Shown here in pieces: positions 1-11,278 of a stretch of 64,000 nucleotides of DNA. The notes beneath the pieces are model-generated. The model saw only the letters and a list, made by a program, of their open reading frames with translations. It was not told where the DNA came from and did no database searches. Position 1 is the stretch's first letter; every line of letters starts with the position of its first letter. Source of the DNA: Camelus ferus (taxonomy: Eukaryota). Both the position numbers and the translations under genes were made by a program. The stretch is from NCBI RefSeq assembly GCF_009834535.1, contig NC_045696.1, positions 434,001 to 498,000 on the forward strand, in the 5' to 3' direction.

Positions 1-685
1 GCAGGCCTGTTTCTGCAGCTGCACCTGGAGAAAACAGCCTTGGAACAGGCTTGACTAAGGTAGCCATGTTTCAAATTTTAAAAATTTAACAAAAGCAGGG
101 GAGAACGAGCAACAATGCCTGAACCCACATGAAGAAGCAGGAGGCGCTGAAGGGCCCGCGGGGCTGCTCCTCTGGGTGGGCGGGTCCCCGGGAGAGGGAG
201 GCTGCTCAGCAAACGGGCAGGAGAGCAGGGAAACGGGCACAGGGTCTCCTTAGGGGTGAAGAATGTCCTAAATGCAGACTGGATATGCTTGCCCAACCCC
301 GTGGATCCACGAAAAGCCACCGAGTGCTCCCTTTAAACACTTCAAACGTGTGAATCACATGGTACGTGAATTACAGCTCGGTAAAGCTGTTTTGTAAAAA
401 AACTGACTTGTACAAAGAGTAGTGACTAACAAAAAAATGTACCAAGAAACATTAAAATGAAAACAAAAGTATACGTCAAGGCCAGAGAATCAGCCCATGG
501 AGAGGTGGTCCGGGCCCAGTGAGGGGCAGTGTGAGCTAGGCACCTCCGCTGATGGCCCGGAAACCACACAGCCTGTCGAGGGCCGGAGTGCGGCGCCAGG
601 TGCGGAGACAGCCGAGCGGGACGCAGCGCCGGGCCAGCGGAGCATAGGAACTGCAGCCTCGGGCCGCCCCGCGCCGCCCACATAC

Positions 686-908
686 CTGTCTCCCGGCTGT
701 GATGCAGCGCCATCTCCTCTAGCTCCCGCCGCGACTGGCTGCGCAGCAGCGCCAGCTCCTGGGCGTGCCGGCTGTTGAGCATCTGGCGCAGCTCGGTCAG
801 CGCCGTCTCCTTCTCCCGCTGCAGGTTGGCCTGCGTCAGCTCCAGCTGCGCCGCGTGAAGGTCGCTCAGGCTCAGGCGCAGTGCCTCCAGCTCCAGGGGC
901 GGCAGCGG
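686..908 (-). CDS. PCNT: PCNT coding exon (human exon 5 equivalent), coiled coil
   Basis: ctctccctgcag|PLPPLELEALRLSL...HSRET G|gtatgt; 223 nt, phase 0-1. Confidence 0.95.
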
Positions 909-3900
909 CTGCAGGGAGAGGGCGTCGTGGGGCGGCGCCACCCGGGCACACCGTGCCTCCCACCTGGGTGGCGGCAGGACCAATCGAGGGGTCAGAAATT
1001 GTTTTTAAAAAGAGAAATGCACACAAAGCACTGCACGCCTGCGACGACGGCCACTTCCAAAGACACCGAGAGCAGGTGCCGGGAAGGGCGTGGAGGAACA
1101 GAACTTCTGTGCGCAGCTGGTAAGAATGTAACGTGGTGCAGCTGCTGCACAAAACAGTGTGGTGGTTTCTCAAAAAATCAAAACCAGAACTTCTACACGA
1201 CCAACCGCCCCATGTCTGGGAACACACATATGCAGAAGAACCGACACAGGGTCTCAAAGAGATCATCTTCCCACACCCAGCTCCTCAGCGGCTGGGATGT
1301 GGAAGCAACTCAACTGTCTGCAGACAGGAACAGACGTGCCAGACATTGTCTAACCACACGGTGAACTATTATTCAGCCTTAAAAAGGAACAGCACTCTGA
1401 CACAGGCTGCCACATGCACGGGCCTGGAGGGGGTCATGTGCAGGGAACTGTGCCGTCACAGAGGACAGCTACCTGAGCCTGCGTACACGAGGCACGCAGA
1501 GCCATCAGCATCAGACGGGAGGAGAGTGGCGGCGGCCGGGGGCCGGGGGTGGGGGATGCTGTTTCATGGGCAGAGTTTCCACTTCACAAGGTACCAAGAG
1601 CTCTGGAGATGATGATGGGACGGTTGCACAGCATTACGAATGTATTACCACCACTGAGCCGCCCACCAAAAAATGGTCAAAATGGCACAATATTGTAGAA
1701 TATTGTATATTCTACAATTAAGAAGACCATGACGAGAACGTAGGCTTAAGGAAGTATAAACGGAGTTTGAGTATTTAACTAAGCCAGGTGAAAGTGAACT
1801 GCTGATTAAATTTAGACGCAGATGAAGTGCTGTGTTTAATAAGCCCTCCACTCAAAGAACAGAAACCATACATTACTACTTCAACATGTGTAAAGGGAGA
1901 ATTTTTTCCAACCCCCTGATAAAAAACAATCCAAAGAAGGCGAAAAAGGAGAAATAAAAGAAAACAGGCAGGACAACAGAAAGGCCAAACTAAACGTCTG
2001 GCGTAAGAGCAGGCACCGTGGTGACTACATCAGACGTCAGACAGTTCACTGCCCAGTGAAAAGACAGAATCACTTAGAAACCACCCACACAGTTCGCCAG
2101 TCACACGCCCCAAACATAAGGTGCAGAGACATCTGAAATACAGGCAAGGAGAGACCAGAGCCCCATCTGACCCATTCACACACGGCTCTGCAGCACAACC
2201 GGCACAGAAGCCAGGACGGCGCCCATGTCAGGGCCTGCTGGGGCCGGGGGTCAAGCACCGCCCTGCTGCTGCTGACCTGCAGAGGGACAATGCGTTCACG
2301 CTGGGCTGCGCGGAAGTCTTCTGTACATTTCCACACGGACGCTACAAGTCAGAGTTTAAAACAAGCACACAAGTGTGTTGTTAAGGGTAGGTTTTATGAT
2401 CCCACGAGACACCTTTTCTCCAGGCCCTGCTAGTGCAAAAATGCAGATTAAAAGCCAAAACTGCTCACTGCCTGAAAAGTCTAGCTAGAAGCAAATGTCT
2501 AAAATTTAGAATTTCAATTATAGCCATTATTTTGTACTAATTTTAATGGAGTATAATCTATAAAACTACTGAATCACTGTGCTGTACACTTGAAACCAAC
2601 ATAATATTGTAAATTGACCAAACTTCAATAAAAAGAAAAATAAAATAGAAGAAAACGAAGACTTTTAACATAGCACTTTGAAATTGGTCAGTATCTAATA
2701 CACTTTCCTCCAAGTGCTAACAAAACTGAATCAATTAAAGAAAAGTAATCAATGCAACACATGGAATCCACACCACGCACTGTGCAGAAACTGGGACAGT
2801 AAGACTGTCCACAAGCCCACAAGCTCTCCTCCCTGCGTGTCTCCAGGTGACACACCCGCACACTCCTGCTGGAGCCCTGCCACACACGCACATGACCAAC
2901 AAGAGGGCCACGAGGGCAGGGCCCAGGAAGCACCTGAGCAGTGACAGCCACCCTGATGCGTGAGCAGCAACTCCTCCCTTCAGCATCCAGGAGATGCGAT
3001 CAAAGGGCACAAGACCGCAGATTCAAGGAGACCTTCCGTGCAGGGCGACTCAGGAGGCAAGACTCAGGGGGCAACTCAGGAAGCGAGGCCTCCAGCTTCT
3101 CGGCCCGGTTTCCACCTCTCTGGCTTGGGTTTCTACCACGCGGGGAAGAATCTTCCCACAAGGGCACACCTTATTACAGAATCTTGGAGAAGAATACCTT
3201 TGTGATGACCCCAGGCTGTTCCAGACAGTCGCCATCCAGCTTCTGCTGCGGCTCTGAGTCCTCGGTCCTCTCCGGGTCAGGGTCCTCCAGCTGAGAGGGA
3301 AGGGCCAGGGAAGAGCACTTACTGCAGCGCCCAGGGCACAGCCTCAGGCCCTTCCAGCCCCTCCACTCCCACCACCCCCTCTGCGCTCTTCCCCACAGCT
3401 CTCAAGCTCTCAGCATCTTCACTGTGACTCGTTCCCCTAATGACGCTGCTGCCCTCTTCTTAAGGGATTCTGCTGCTTCAAGTCATTTACCATGGGCTTA
3501 ACGCTTAAATCACTACATTTTAGTTTCTCAACAAATTCTGTTCTTTCAGATTCATGCACATTTTCGAAGCTCTTAATTTTGTATAAATTCAAGTATTTCA
3601 TCCTTCAAGATTTTCTTTTAGATAAATCTTTTCCTTAATTTGCAGAATAGTATTTTCAATTTCTTTTCTCAAACTTGAGTTTAAAGTTTTCCAATGAATT
3701 TTTCTCCCATAGTTTTGACCCATAAGTTTACAATGATTTGGAAGGGAGACCTCAGACAGAAACAGGGAGTGAGCAACCAGAAACTGGACAGAAGGTCATC
3801 CTGTCATAACATGCGGGGGACCTGGCTGGGCCCGGGTCTCCCACCTGGGGGAGGGCGGGCCTGGCTGGGCTGGGCTCTCCCGTCAGGGGGAGGGCAGGCC

Positions 3901-6900
3901 TGGCTGTTTAACGGAGGAGACTCCCAAGCAGGGTGCTGAGGGAGCTGCCGGCTTCTCTTCCAGCTGAAGGTAAAGTGTGGGAGGAGAGGGAAGCTGAAGG
4001 AACGGTTAAGCAAAAAGAACCAGGACTGGAAGGTTTGGTCAATCCTGAGCAAAGCAGGAGATGCGTGCTCCGGAGAGAACACTGCGGGTGGCTGGACCCT
4101 TGTTTCATAAGGAGATGGTGGCGCGAACATGGGGTTGACCAGCCGCCTTAGCAGAGGCCAGGACTGGAGATGCTGCCCGTCAGGACAGAGGGGGTGGAGA
4201 AAGCGGGAGGGGACACAGGAAGGTGTCACCTCTGGGATTTGACAGGACAACAGAGCCACCCACTGGGAACAGGACTGTCCTTCAAGGAAGGGGAAGGTTG
4301 ACCCTGCAGGTGACTCAGAGGCCATCAGGGCTGCAGACACCTGGCCCCACCAAACCCCCTCTAAGCTCCAGGCCCAGCACCTAACAGCCAGGTCACTAGT
4401 GTCAACCTGCGTCCCATGGGAGCAACTCCCTCAACCAGAGCACGTGCCTGTGAGCAGGTCGCTCTGCCCTCAGTCCTCAGACTCACCCCCACCCCACAGG
4501 GAGGTGGTCTCACACCTTGGAATGCAGTCAGGGACTTTTGTTACACTCTTGAGTTCCATCCTGGGATCCCCCAATCTCCTGAATGACATTTCTAACTTGC
4601 ATGCAAATACTTTCTGGTTTTTTAACTGACATTACCATACAGAATAGTTACACTGCTCTAAAAACCCCCACGTTTCCCCTGTTTAATTCTCCCCTCCACC
4701 AACCTCCAGCAGCCACTGATCCGTTCACAGCCTCTATAGTTGTACCTTTTCCAGACGTTATATAAATGGAATCTTAAGGTTGTAGCCTCTCAGACTGGCA
4801 TCTTTCAACTTAGCAATGTGGACATAAGGCTCCCCTACATCTTGAATGCCATTCCTTTTTATTGCTGAATTTGTATTGCTGGTGGGAATGCAAAATGATA
4901 CATCCACTTTGGAAAACAGTTTTTGGCAGATTTTTAACAGGCTAAACACACACCTACCACAGGATCTAACCACGCTACTCCCGGGTTCTGACCCTAGAGA
5001 AACGAGATGCTAAAAATTCCAAAGTGTGATGAGACTGTGTTAACGAGGCTGTTGGGAAACAGGTGTATCACAGTCTGCTGATGAAAATCCAACTGGTATA
5101 TCCCTTATGGAAGGGAACTGAGCAGTACTCCAAAGAACTTTACATGCACTTACCTTCTGAATTACTTCCAGGAACTTACCCTGAAAACACATGTCCTAAA
5201 ATATAAATTACATCCCAACAAGGTTATTCACCACAGCACTGCATGGGAAGCAATGGAAACAGCCTAAACGCTCTTTCCGGGTGAGCAGCTGAGACCAAAG
5301 CGTGCCCACTCGACACATGTGCTGTGTGGCTATGAAAAATGAGTGAGGGAGAGCGCTACGAACTGACACAGAGTGAGTCCAGGCCTGCCGCTACAAGAAA
5401 GAGCCATGTGCAGAAGATCGTCGCTAGCACGGAGCCTTGCCCATAAACAGGGATGTAAGAAAACAAACATGCACTTACTCGTCTGTGCAAAAGAAATACA
5501 AGGACAAACCAGAAATTAAAGAGACTGTTCGTCTGCAGGGGTGGGTGTGAATGGGGTGACAGGAAGAGGAGGAAATGACATTCTCTGAACACAGCTCTGA
5601 TTTTTAGAACCCCGGCAATTAATCTTTCACTTACTCAGAAAACAGTTACATAAAATCAACCTGGATGTGAGAACCAAAACAGAATACAAACAACGAAACA
5701 AGTAAAACTGTACTGTCAGTGAGGAAAATAACCACAGCGAAGAGATAAGGAATCGAAAAGCCAAGCAAAACGACTTGGGACGCCAGACAATTAACCTTGG
5801 GACGATAAAGACAAAAAGAACCACAGGTTCCCCCACAATCCAAAAGCACAGTGCCCCTATGAAACCTTTCATAGGCCAAAATGGCCTCAAGTGAAGCAGC
5901 AATGACCTTTCTTCATAAAAGTGAAAACCCTTTTTGGAGTGCTTTCTGTCAGCAAAAACAGGTACTAACGTAGGTCCTTCGTAAAAATGAACGGGTGTAA
6001 CGCAAACTTCCAATAACTGGGGAGACCTGCATGAACAAATACTCTAGTTAGTAAACCTGTTTTTCACAGGGGTGTGGATTAACAACTCTGAAACTAATCT
6101 GTGTGTATTTCAAGACTGAAAGAATACGTACAGATATTGCAGAGGAGGAAACCAGGTCTCTCACTATGGGAAAGGGGAGCTTAAAATAAGGAGAGAGGAA
6201 AAGCTAGAATAAATTCTGTGGTGTTGCACTGGAATTGAAGATATTGGTGTGAATTCATGGTTTGTATTGTACATACAAATAGACAAAGAAACAGATGTAG
6301 CGGTGTGTGTATATACGTACATTTATATTTTCCAGCTCTGTCTGTTGAAATAGCCTAGAAGCAATGACACCCACTGGCAATAAGCATACCTGGCACCCAG
6401 CTCTTGGTTTCTGAAGACCATTTTCCACTGAAAGGAACCAGGGCTCCTTAGAGAAACGGCTGATCTCAGGGATGCAGCAGGGAAAGGACAGAATAAGCCT
6501 GAGAAATCCTGGTGCCAGAAAACGAAGGCGTGTTGAAAGGTCACAGACAACAGTTCAAAAGTGTTCCAAATGGCCAAATGTGTTTATTTCAACAACAAAA
6601 TAAACACAGACATGATGGATTAAAACTCACAGAGTAAGTATCCAGTAGTCCACGGCTGATACAAATTACTGAATAAATAAACAAACTGGAGAGCAGCAAC
6701 AGTTTTTCCTTAGAGTAAAATGCCAGTTAATATATGTAGGTGAAAAGATAGAAACAGAAAGTCACCACGTGGCCACCGCCACCATATTAATTGCCGCAGG
6801 CAAGAATCTTAGATGGAAGCTGAAACTAACGGAAGAAAGTATGATAAGAAGCGGGATGTTTACAGGGTCTCCAAGCACCTCCACACAGCACACGTACTAA

Positions 6901-9900
6901 CTACAAAGGAGAAACAGAAACTTTCCATCAAGACAAACCTGGCCAGCCCCTCCTTAGTTAAGAGGTCATGGTCGGCATCACCAGGAGTGAGACGCATCGA
7001 ACACCAACACCACCTGAGCACGCAGCGCCGTCACCTCCACAGTGTTCCTGCCAGAACGCACACCCTGACTTCAATTGGAAGGAAACATCAAACAGACCCA
7101 AATCGACGGGTATTCTACAACATACTTAGCTAGTGCTCTGCAAGTGTCGAATTTATAAAAGACAAAGACGACTGAAAGACTGTCCTGGACTGGAGGAACC
7201 CTAGATGACAAGGCACTGAAATGCAACACAGACTCCTGGGCCAGAAAACAGGAGAAGTCAGAATGAGCTCTACGAATGAGCTCACAGTATCATTTCCACG
7301 TTAACTGAGCCTGATTTGCGATTTATGCTATGATTACAGAGGTGTCAATATTTCAGGAAGCTAGGTGAAGGGTATACAGAAACTCTTGGCTGCTTTTTGC
7401 AAGTTTTTTTGTAAGTCTGATGTTATTTGAAAATGAAAAGCTAAAAAATATAAAACTTTTAACTTAAAAAAGACTGGTCTGTGCTCACTTCCACAGCACA
7501 CATCCTCTCCACGAAGCCGTTACTGACTCAGCTGTGATGAGACAAGGTTGCTGAGAACCACTGCTCCACCCAGAGAAGCAACAAGAGGAGAACATGAAGG
7601 CCACTGACCTCCGACCTCAGACCTGTGAGACCACAGGGAGTGGAGGGAGATTGATCCAGTCACAGGCTGGTCCAAAGGGTCAGCCACCAGAGGTCCGGCC
7701 AGCTGCTCCGGGCAAAGCGGGAGCACCATGGCTTGGGCTTCCAACTTTTCACAAGAAGCAACATTCCAGGTTTGCAGGTCGAATGTCATAAACTTTATAT
7801 GCTGGCAGTCATTCCACTTTTTTCAATAAGGCAGCCCAGACACAGCACGATTTTGAGTCAAATTCTGCCCTGAACCCCCAGTTTTCAACCCATCTTCAGC
7901 CCAGCACACAGCTACACCCACCCTGCTGCACACAAGCAAAGGGTACCCCCAGTTCAAGGCCCCTTGCTAGTAACACACACAGCACCCACACACAGCACCC
8001 GCACACAGCAACTGGGAGGCCCAGGGCGGTCCTGCGCACTCAGCACCCAGGTCCACACCTGCCCTACAGCTCACAGGGCCACAAGCAGCAGACAGTGCCG
8101 CCCCGTCCAGCAAGACATCCTGACAATTAGGTGGATTTGAGAGCAGGTGAAGGGCTATTACGGTGTAAGTGTCCAAAAACCCGCTAGAGGTGCTGATGCA
8201 CTCAGCCAGACCCCAGGGAGTCACACGTATAAAACTCCCAGCACCAAAGTGACACCAATACTGACACCAGCCCTCAATCAGTCTATCCAAAATTTCTCAA
8301 AAATCATGTAATAAAGACAAAACTTTAGTTAGGAATAAAACCACAAACATATACTTCCCTCTCGTAAGCTAAAACAAAGCCCCCTTCCCCTACTTGTGAT
8401 GGGCCAAAGACCGCTCTCAGCAGATTGTGCCAGCAGTAACCAGAAAATAAACAGGAAACCTACCGGAGCTGCTCCCGCGCCAGCAGGGAGGTTGCCACAC
8501 ACCGAGCTCCTGCAAACGCCCCGTCCTCCCAGGAGCACCCCGTCCTCGGCGGCTACCGGGCTCTCCTCCTGGACAGGCGCATCGACAGCCGGGCCCTTCC
8601 TCTTCGCCGTCTTTTTCTTCGGGTGCGCACCGTCACCTTCGGTTTTTCTCTGTCGGAAGTGAGCAAGCTGCGCAAAAATGCAGAGAAGTAGTAGAGACAG
8701 AGGTATGCAAGGAAGGAGTAACAGAACCACAAAGCCGACAAGCTCGCGGGGGACATGAGGCCCCAGGGCTGGCTCAGTCCACTCGGCCCACCTGGCCAGC
8801 TCCCGTCAACCGACAGATCCCTGTACCACCAACACTGCCTCCATTAAAACCCACAATACTAGGATGTAAGTTCAGAATTACACCCGAAGAACCCAATAAT
8901 GAGGACTGTTAACAATGCCTACAGACAAAAGAAAGCAGTAAGGCTGACTGGCAGGATAGCTTCTCTAGCCCCTGACAGTTTATAGGAAAAATTTTTTAAA
9001 AATTAAAAATACATCTATTTTAAAAACTGACAGTTTAATCAAGGAATGTTTAGGGTTTAAAACTACAAGAAAGCTAAATCTCTCCCTTTTTGCCCCATTT
9101 TCCCCCAATCAGGGAAATTTACAGCCTAGCCATCCTTGCCATGGATTCTGAGACAAGGTACAGAAATAGCAAAAAATTAATTAAGCCAGGTCAACCTAAC
9201 ATTCTCCTTTAAGAAATCAGATGTTCCATTTTTCACGACACAGCTCACCAAAGCACCAGGGACCTCCACAGAATGTCCCCGTCAGAAGGCACTGCTCAGT
9301 CCCTCAAATCTGGGGGTTTAGGCTCTGTCCACACACCATCACCCACTAGCCCATTATTCAAAGGTCCGACATCTAACATCAGCATTTCACAGGGGGAAAG
9401 AGCCCTCAAATGACAACTGTGGTCACAACAACAAACACATTTCACAAATGTTTGTGTGAATGATGACAGAACTGTACAATTTCATGGACGCAGAAAATCA
9501 CATGAGGCAATTTACGTGAGAAAAACCATCTCAAGAACAGACCCTGGCTTCAAAACCAGCCCTGGACCTGTCTGTTTTGTGCCCTGTTCCATCAAATCTA
9601 ACCATCCGTGAGCTATCTTCCTGCACCACAGTCCTGGTCTCTGGCCTGTGTGGTCACCCCAACGAGGGGTGTCTGTTTCTTCTTGAAAGGAAGTTAATCC
9701 TCCTTATCACCCTTAAAACTCCTTCAAGCAACATTTAGGCACACTTACAAACACTGGCAAGCTGGGAAAACAGTATTAAACTCCAGCTCCCTGGCATCTC
9801 CTGACCTTCATGTGTGCCAGGCATGTGCAAAGGGGGGAGAACAGGCTAAGGCCTCACTCTTCAAACCCCAATCAGGAGTTTCACCTGCAGTGAGTGACCT

Positions 9901-11278
9901 GAGGAGGCCACTCTGTCCTCTGCCTGTCACCCTGCTGTCCCTGCCTCTGCCTCACAACACTCTGAACGTTGTGCTCCGAATGATCTCTTAATGCAGCAGC
10001 CATGTGGTTTCCTCAAGGGAAGAAACTAGCACTGTATACCTCTTACTAGCTGGTCCACGTGAAATTCCCAACGTCTGGCCATGTCTGACCTCAACAGCCA
10101 CTTCACAGGGCTCAACATTGCAGCGGCTCCCCCTTGACCAGAATGGGGTGGGGTGGGGCGGGGCTCACAGCCTTCTCCACAGGCTCGAGGGCCCGGGTCC
10201 GGTCAGCATACGGCTTAATTGCACAATATGCCCCAAAAGAATGAGAACCAGTCCGTGGATGTTAAACGCTGACCCCAGGACCGCCCTGAATTCTAGGGGG
10301 CATCTGCAGTTCAGGGATGTGACATCTCCCGGGAGGCTCTGTCCCCGCGTCTGGAGCTTCCAGGCCCAGCACGGGGACGAACCGGCTGAGCCCCTCAGCC
10401 CTCGCCAGCCCAAAGCTATCCACCTGGGCCCCAAGCAGCGAGGCGGCGGCACGGGCGCTTCGGGGCCCAGTACACCAGGGGTTGGGTCAGCGGGAGGCAT
10501 CCCTCAGAGTAAACAAGTTGCGGGCTCTGGAACAGAACTCCGAAACTTTTCAAAACGAAAAAGAACCGCAGAATTCTGGGTAAAACGAGTATCTGCACGT
10601 AGTTCTGATCGAATGGAAGCGGAGCCGAGCCGTAGGCTCCTAACGCCCGACTGCAGTTGAGTCTCGGCCTCCAAGCCCTCCAGGAATCCGGGCAAGGACA
10701 GAGCCGCGCAGGTGAGAGCAGGTGTACACAGGTGCGCAGGTGAGTGACAACGCCCGTCCCTGCACCACAGGCTCCGAGAGCGGGCGGCCGTCAAGGACCC
10801 CGCGTCCCGAGGCCACCGCGGTCCATCAGCTAGGCCGCCCTGCCCACTCCCCGTGCAGACGTCGTTGGGGCGGGTGGGTCCCCGTGGGGGCGGGGGGGGA
10901 GAGGGCCGCCGCCGCCCCCGCCTGCGCAGGCGCATCCTCACCAGTCCCGGCGTGCCCCGCGCCCGGCTTCCCTGCAAGGCGCCGCGCGCACCCGGCCGCT
11001 GATTGGTTGCGACCGGGAGGGGGGCGGGTCCGGGCAGAGGGCGGCGGATTCAAGATGGCGGCGACCAGAGGGCGGCTTCCAGCCGAGTCGGCGGAAAGGG
11101 CAAGAGTGCGGCGGCGGTCCCCCTGGCGCGTCCCCCACTGGCAGGGGGCGGTGGCGGGCACTGGAGCCCGCCCTGAAGAGCCTACGCCGAGACAGCGGGG
11201 GGAGGAAGCGCTGCCGTTTACCTTCGCTCTCCCGGCCTCCACCTTTCTGCGCCGCTGCTCCTGCTCATCTTCTTCCAT
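686..11278 (-). CDS. PCNT: Pericentrin, 5' part (continues beyond left edge); coding exons 11278-11222, 8667-8464, 3290-3198, 908-686, plus a possible exon at 2876-2781
   Basis: Spliced translation MEEDEQEQRRRKVEAGRAK|LAHFRQRKTEGD...|LEDPDPER...|PLPPLELEALRLSLSDLHAAQLELTQANLQREKETALTELRQML matches the pericentrin N-terminus; GT-AG borders; phases consistent; synteny with C21orf58/YBEY/MCM3AP. Confidence 0.96.
1030..1720 (+). mobile_element. Old LINE-1 (L1MB-like) 3' fragment
   Basis: L1 3'-end motifs (aaaacagtgtggtggtttctcaaaaaat; tattcagccttaaaaaggaa; ggttgcacagcattacgaatgtatta). Confidence 0.8.
2517..2655 (+). mobile_element. Short L1 3' terminus
   Basis: gaatcactgtgctgtacacttgaaaccaacataatattgtaaattgaccaaacttcaataaaa followed by A-rich tail. 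Confidence 0.75.
2781..2876 (-). other. PCNT: Candidate diverged or degenerate PCNT exon 4 homologue
   Basis: ggcag|GSSRSVRVCHLETRREESLWACGQSYCPSFCT|gtgcgt; 96 nt in frame; HLETRREE resembles human DLESGREDE; splice sites weak. Confidence 0.3.
3198..3290 (-). CDS. PCNT: PCNT coding exon 3
   Basis: ccttccctctcag|LEDPDPERTEDSEPQQKLDGDCLEQPGVITK|gtattc; 93 nt, phase 0-0; resembles human PEDCDGEKREDLEQLQQKQVNDHPPEQ..GMFTK. Confidence 0.85.
3821..3906. repeat. 39-bp direct repeat, about 2.2 copies
   Basis: cctggctggg...ggggagggc(g/a)gg units starting at 3821, 3860, 3899. Confidence 0.8.
4620..5010 (-). mobile_element. L1 3' fragment (minus) joined to an inverted L1 segment (plus, ~4875-5010)
   Basis: Minus-strand 3'UTR motif (cagccactgatccgttc...ttccagacgttatataaatggaatc) abuts plus-strand attgctggtgggaatgcaaaatgatacatccactttggaaaacagt. 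Confidence 0.65.
5010..7470 (+). mobile_element. Fragmented ancient L1 (L1MC/L1ME-like) 3' region
   Basis: Degenerate L1 3'UTR motifs ending gaagggtatacagaaactct...gtaagtctgatgttatttgaaaatgaaaag. Confidence 0.55.
5824..6029. mobile_element. Tigger/TcMar-type MITE nested in old L1
   Basis: Imperfect TIRs caggttcccccacaatcc / ctggggagacctg; internal aaaacaggtactaacgtaggtccttcgtaaaa motif. Confidence 0.7.
8464..8667 (-). CDS. PCNT: PCNT coding exon 2
   Basis: tttttgcgcag|LAHFRQRKTEGDGAHPKKKTAKRKG...GAAP|gtaggt; 204 nt, phase 0-0. Confidence 0.95.

Noticed and set aside
1..40. Minus-strand acceptor-like ctgttttctccag at 25-37 as the next PCNT exon
   Set aside because: The phase-1 reading (GAAAETGL) does not match the expected AELKEKL sequence; it is truncated by the window edge and cannot be resolved
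2130..2300. Good minus-strand acceptor (cattgtccctctgcag) as PCNT exon 4
   Set aside because: The translation shows no convincing similarity to pericentrin
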